Shown here in pieces: positions 60,491-64,000 of a stretch of DNA of 64,000 nt. The notes under the pieces are model-generated. The model made no database searches. It was not told the origin of the DNA and saw only the letters and a program-made list of their open reading frames with translations. Position 1 is the first letter of the stretch, and every line of letters starts with the position of its first letter. The position numbers were made by a program, and so were the translations under genes. Location of the stretch: the NCBI GenBank assembly GCA_040905465.1, contig JBBDRK010000017.1, forward strand, positions 79,274 to 143,273. The letters run 5' to 3'. Source of the DNA: Trueperaceae bacterium (GTDB lineage Bacteria > Deinococcota > Deinococci > Deinococcales > Trueperaceae).

Positions 60491-61387
60491 CTACTTGACC
60501 CCGCCCAACGTCAGTCCTTGCGCCAGCCACCGTTGCGCGAAGACACCCATGATCATCACCGGGACGGTGAGCAGTGCCGCGGCGGCGGCAATACCGCCGA
60601 GGTTCAACTGTTCGGTGTCCATGAACTGGAAAACGGCCATTGGAAGGGTCTGGGTCTCGTTTCCGCTCAGCACCAGAACGAAGATCAGATCGTTCCACGA
60701 CTGAATCAGCGCCAGTATTCCCGTGACGACCAGTCCAGGGGAGACGAGAGGAATCGCGATGCGGAGAAACGCCCCCCAGTGGGTGCAGCCGTCGATGTAA
60801 GCCTGCTCTTCGAGCTCTCGGGGAACGTCTTCGAAGAATCCGATCATGAGCCAGATCATCAGCGGCAACACGAGAATCAGGTGGCTGATGATCAGCCCTA
60901 TGTGGGTATTCCGGAGGCCCACCAGGCCGTAAACGATGAAGATCGGCAGGATGAAAACTATCGACGGCACCATGCGAACTATGAGCACGGTTATAGCGAC
61001 GCGCTTCATCTTCTGGCGGCCGATGACGTAGGCAGCTGGTAGACCGATCAAGAACGAGAAAAGGACTGAGCCGAATCCGACTATTGCACTGTTGCGAAGT
61101 TGATGGAGGAACGGCGTGTCCCTGATTATCGCCGTGTAGTTCGACAGCGTGGGCGTGAAGATGAAGGAATGGGGATCCGCGGCGATAGCCGCAGGGTTCT
61201 TCAACGACAGCACGACCATGTACACGAAGGGGAATACGAACACGATCAGTAATCCCCCGCACAGCAGGCTCCAGACGACCCTGTCCACGATCTTGGCGCG
61301 TTGCCTTCTCCTTCGGCTGGCGAGGTTCGCGGCATCGGCGGCGTGTGACAGCATGGGTACCTTTCGCTTGACGGTTTTCACAGCCAA
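60491..61387 (-). CDS. Carbohydrate ABC permease (MalG-like)
   Basis: PTLSNY, ELEEQAYIDGC, QSWND, GLTLGGVK. Confidence 0.92.
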   Translation of the reverse strand: MAVKTVKRKVPMLSHAADAANLASRRRRQRAKIVDRVVWSLLCGGLLIVFVFPFVYMVVLSLKNPAAIAADPHSFIFTPTLSNYTAIIRDTPFLHQLRNSAIVGFGSVLFSFLIGLPAAYVIGRQKMKRVAITVLIVRMVPSIVFILPIFIVYGLVGLRNTHIGLIISHLILVLPLMIWLMIGFFEDVPRELEEQAYIDGCTHWGAFLRIAIPLVSPGLVVTGILALIQSWNDLIFVLVLSGNETQTLPMAVFQFMDTEQLNLGGIAAAAALLTVPVMIMGVFAQRWLAQGLTLGGVK

Positions 61388-62307
61388 CTACGCTCGCGCA
61401 CCCGCAACCAGATGACGCTCACCGTCAGCACCAGCAGGAGCAATGCCACCAGGGCCGCGGAGCCGTAGCCGATATCGAAGAACCGGAAGGTGAGATTGTA
61501 GCCGTAGATGTATAGCGTTTCCGAGGCCCGAAGCGGCCCTCCTCCGGTAAGCACATAGATGAGGGGGAACTGCTTGAGCGTGTCGATGAGCATGAACAGC
61601 GCGGCAGTGGCAAGCGCCGAGCGGAGCATGGGCAAGGTCAGATAGCGGAACTTCTGCAGGGGCGATGCCCCGTCGATGTCCGCGGCCTCGAACGAGTCGA
61701 GCGGCATCGAGCGCAGGCCCGCGAGGGCGATCAGCATGGCAAAAGGCGTGCTGCGCCAGATCTGGATCATTATCAGGGTCGGCAAGACGGTCCTCGTGTC
61801 GGCAAGCCAGAGACTTGCGGGAAGACCGATAGCCTGGAGGAAGTAGTTCATTATGCCGTTCGCCGGGTTGAGCATGATGTTCCAGAGCAGGGCGATAGCC
61901 ACCATCATGGTGGTGTAGGGCAGTATGAACAACACTCGAAGTACGCCGATGCCGCGGTAGTTGCGGTTGAGCAGCATGGCGAGCCCCAGGCCGAGCACGA
62001 GTGCCCCGGAGACAGAGCCCAGGCTGTACTGGATGCTACGCAACAACCCTCGCACGAAGCGGTGGTCGGACGTCAGCATTGCGTACCACTTGAGTCCTAC
62101 CCAATCGAAGTCGATAGTGTTTCCGCCGGTGCCGTAGTCACGAAGGCTCATGACCAGCAGGCTTACCAGCGGATAGAGAACGAGAGCCGAGAGGATCAGC
62201 ACCGCGGGCGCAACCATCAACCAAGCGAAAATCCGGCGATCCCTGGTTAGGGAGTACTTCCTGCCGTTGTCTGAGGCTCGATCCTGTCTCGGGGATGCTT
62301 CAATCAT
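61378..62307 (-). CDS. Carbohydrate ABC permease (MalF-like)
   Basis: WVGLKWY, FEAADIDGAS, LTGGGP. Confidence 0.92.
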   Translation of the reverse strand: MIEASPRQDRASDNGRKYSLTRDRRIFAWLMVAPAVLILSALVLYPLVSLLVMSLRDYGTGGNTIDFDWVGLKWYAMLTSDHRFVRGLLRSIQYSLGSVSGALVLGLGLAMLLNRNYRGIGVLRVLFILPYTTMMVAIALLWNIMLNPANGIMNYFLQAIGLPASLWLADTRTVLPTLIMIQIWRSTPFAMLIALAGLRSMPLDSFEAADIDGASPLQKFRYLTLPMLRSALATAALFMLIDTLKQFPLIYVLTGGGPLRASETLYIYGYNLTFRFFDIGYGSAALVALLLLVLTVSVIWLRVRERSWL

Positions 62308-62495
62308 GAGCGCTCTCTGTGCTTCAGCACAAGAATTGGATTCACGGGGAACGTGCGACTGAATTCGCGTAGCGGGAGTCGGAGGCCCTCGCTGCTACCC
62401 GGACTCCGGCCATGGCCCTTCGCGTCAGGCGCCTCGGTTGCAAGGTGCCTGGGTCCGGCTCGGCAGGATCCGAACCCAGGCAGGTACAGCAAGTG

Positions 62496-63836
62496 CTATT
62501 GACGGGCCTTGAGCATCTCGAGTTCCTCTTGGGCGTTTCGAGCGGCCGCCTCGACATTCCCGCCAAGAATCGCCGTCACGACTACTTCGCCGATAATGTC
62601 GCGAGCACGCCCTTGGTCCACGATCGAGGGTGGCGCGAACTCAGGTGTCTTGTAGCAGGTGGTCTCGTTGGCTTCGAACAGAACGTCCCAATACGCGGAC
62701 AGATTCTCGCTTCGATAGTCTTCGAACTCTTCACTGAAGAACGCGGAATCCCTTGCCGCCGGCCGACCGCTCTTCAGGTATGCGATCTGAGCTTCGGTCG
62801 AGGTGGCCCATTGGATGAAGTACCAGGCCGCCTCTTTCTGGGTGGAAAAGGACGACATCGAGAGCGACCAGATGGCCGGAAGCTTGCACGGCTCGTTGCT
62901 TCTGGCCTCTGTGCCTCCCGGGCCCACCGGCAAGGGAGCAAAGCCGATGTGATCGCCGATTACCGACAGTTCGGGATCGAGTGCGCGACCAGCATTGACC
63001 GACCGCTCGATTGTGAAGGCCGCCCGGCCGCCCAGGAAGATCGCGTTGCTGTCCGGCCAAGGCATGTTGGCAGCGCCCGGCGGACCGTATTCACGCAAGA
63101 CATCGCCGTACCACTTGAAGGCGGCGATGGCCTCAGGAGTGTCTATTGTGGGATTCCCGTTCTCGTCTTCCCAGGCTCCGCCGAACTCGGCCAGATGAAC
63201 CGCGAAGTGTGATGTGGTCTGCGACCCCCGCCCGCGCAGCGTTATGCCGTAGACGTCGTCGGGCGTTCCTTCGTGAGCCTCTGCGATCGCCTTGTTGAGT
63301 TCATCGTAGGTCTTCGGCACTTCGATGCCGAGCTCGTCCAAGATATCTTTGCGATATGACAGGAAAGCAGCCACCTGGCGGTCGACAGGAATGCCAACGA
63401 TTTGACCGTCGATGATTACTCCGTCGACGGTCGCATGCATGAAGTCATCCGGCCAGCCGAGTTCGGGGCTGCTCAGGCTGGGATCGGCGATGTAACGGTC
63501 GAGTGGTTCGTACCAGTTGTTGTCGACGAACATACGCCCGAAGCGGCTCGGCTCCCCCCAGAAGACATCGAGGTCCGAACTACCGGCCTGCAGTTCGACA
63601 CGAACTCGGTCGCGACTTTGGTCTTCAGGCAGGACTTCGAGGTCGACGGAGATTCCGGTGAGTTCCTCGAACTCCGGAATGAGCGGTTCGATCGTTCTGG
63701 CAAATATGTTCTGGGTCAGTTGGACATCGATCGATTGGCCTTCGTGTGCCCGCCAATCGAATTCTGTCTGTGCGAGAGCCGCATTGCAGATAACGGCGAC
63801 GAGGATGAGAAGCAGCATGTGCATGTGCCTTTTCAT
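62496..63836 (-). CDS. Carbohydrate (CUT1) ABC substrate-binding protein
   Basis: Signal peptide ending ALAQ, EFEELTGI, YRKDIL..VPKTYDE, AAWYFIQWATS. GAAAGGA RBS. Confidence 0.93.
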   Translation of the reverse strand: MKRHMHMLLLILVAVICNAALAQTEFDWRAHEGQSIDVQLTQNIFARTIEPLIPEFEELTGISVDLEVLPEDQSRDRVRVELQAGSSDLDVFWGEPSRFGRMFVDNNWYEPLDRYIADPSLSSPELGWPDDFMHATVDGVIIDGQIVGIPVDRQVAAFLSYRKDILDELGIEVPKTYDELNKAIAEAHEGTPDDVYGITLRGRGSQTTSHFAVHLAEFGGAWEDENGNPTIDTPEAIAAFKWYGDVLREYGPPGAANMPWPDSNAIFLGGRAAFTIERSVNAGRALDPELSVIGDHIGFAPLPVGPGGTEARSNEPCKLPAIWSLSMSSFSTQKEAAWYFIQWATSTEAQIAYLKSGRPAARDSAFFSEEFEDYRSENLSAYWDVLFEANETTCYKTPEFAPPSIVDQGRARDIIGEVVVTAILGGNVEAAARNAQEELEMLKARQ

Positions 63837-63911
63837 TGATTATCCTTTCGGTCGGCATGACCTGAGCGTCGCAAGTGATGGGGAGCCTTGGTTGCTCCAG
63901 TGCTGCTCGGT

Positions 63912-63925
63912 TGGGAACGGTTGCC
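63912..63925. promoter_or_regulatory. Possible LacI-type operator upstream of the ABC-sulfatase operon
   Basis: TGGGAACGGTTGCC, an imperfect CG-centred palindrome about 75 bp upstream of the start. Confidence 0.3.
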
Positions 63926-64000
63926 TCAGCATCATTCGAGTGCTTCAACGCTGAAGATCACCTGTTCGGAGCTACGGGCCGGCAATGTTGGCCGGCATGA

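Noticed and set aside
63932-64000. Possible C-terminus of an upstream minus-strand gene (..LPARSSEQVIFSVEALE*)
   Set aside because: Only 23 codons at the window edge; the frame cannot be established.
1-64000. tRNA, rRNA, IS elements, integrase or att sites bounding the islands
   Set aside because: None recognised by eye. The 16.5-33.8 kb region looks somewhat less GC-biased, but I did not compute this and saw no flanking repeats.

Overview
GC-rich bacterial chromosomal window made almost entirely of accessory catabolic and transport loci. I found no rRNA, tRNA, CRISPR array, transposase, integrase or phage gene. Host may be Deinococcota (Truepera-like), a weak inference from protein style only. 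From left to right: (1) a minus-strand operon with a glucarate-dehydratase-like enolase, an Opp/Dpp-type ABC importer (binding-protein gene frameshifted at a G7 run) and a LacI regulator, next to broken dppD/dppF remnants; (2) a TctCBA transporter and two sulfatases behind a consensus sigma70 promoter with a LacI-type operator; (3) a YdeI-family gene and an SDR separated by four 14-bp repeats that read as overlapping 5-codon mini-ORFs; (4) a ~17 kb GntR-linked island with malate synthase, an MFS, a D-2-hydroxyacid dehydrogenase, an Opp-type importer, a CoA-transferase, a MaoC pair, a heteromeric acyl-CoA dehydrogenase pair, DUF35, a Cys-less thiolase-fold protein, an RraA/HMG aldolase and two MBL hydrolases, with four copies of a GYATRC-N2-GCATAC box at its promoters (best candidate for an uncharacterised pathway); (5) small stress/detox-type genes and a decayed SARP-ATPase-TPR regulator; (6) a DeoR-linked sugar ABC importer, class I aldolase and FGGY kinase; (7) a ComEC-like MBL-LTD gene with DUF3006; (8) a CxxCH-bearing beta-propeller lipoprotein fused to a second lipoprotein; (9) two VOC paralogs; (10) a sugar ABC importer followed by four tandem sulfatases. 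Several frameshifts and deletion junctions are present. Some may be assembly errors, but the multi-codon truncations look like real decay.
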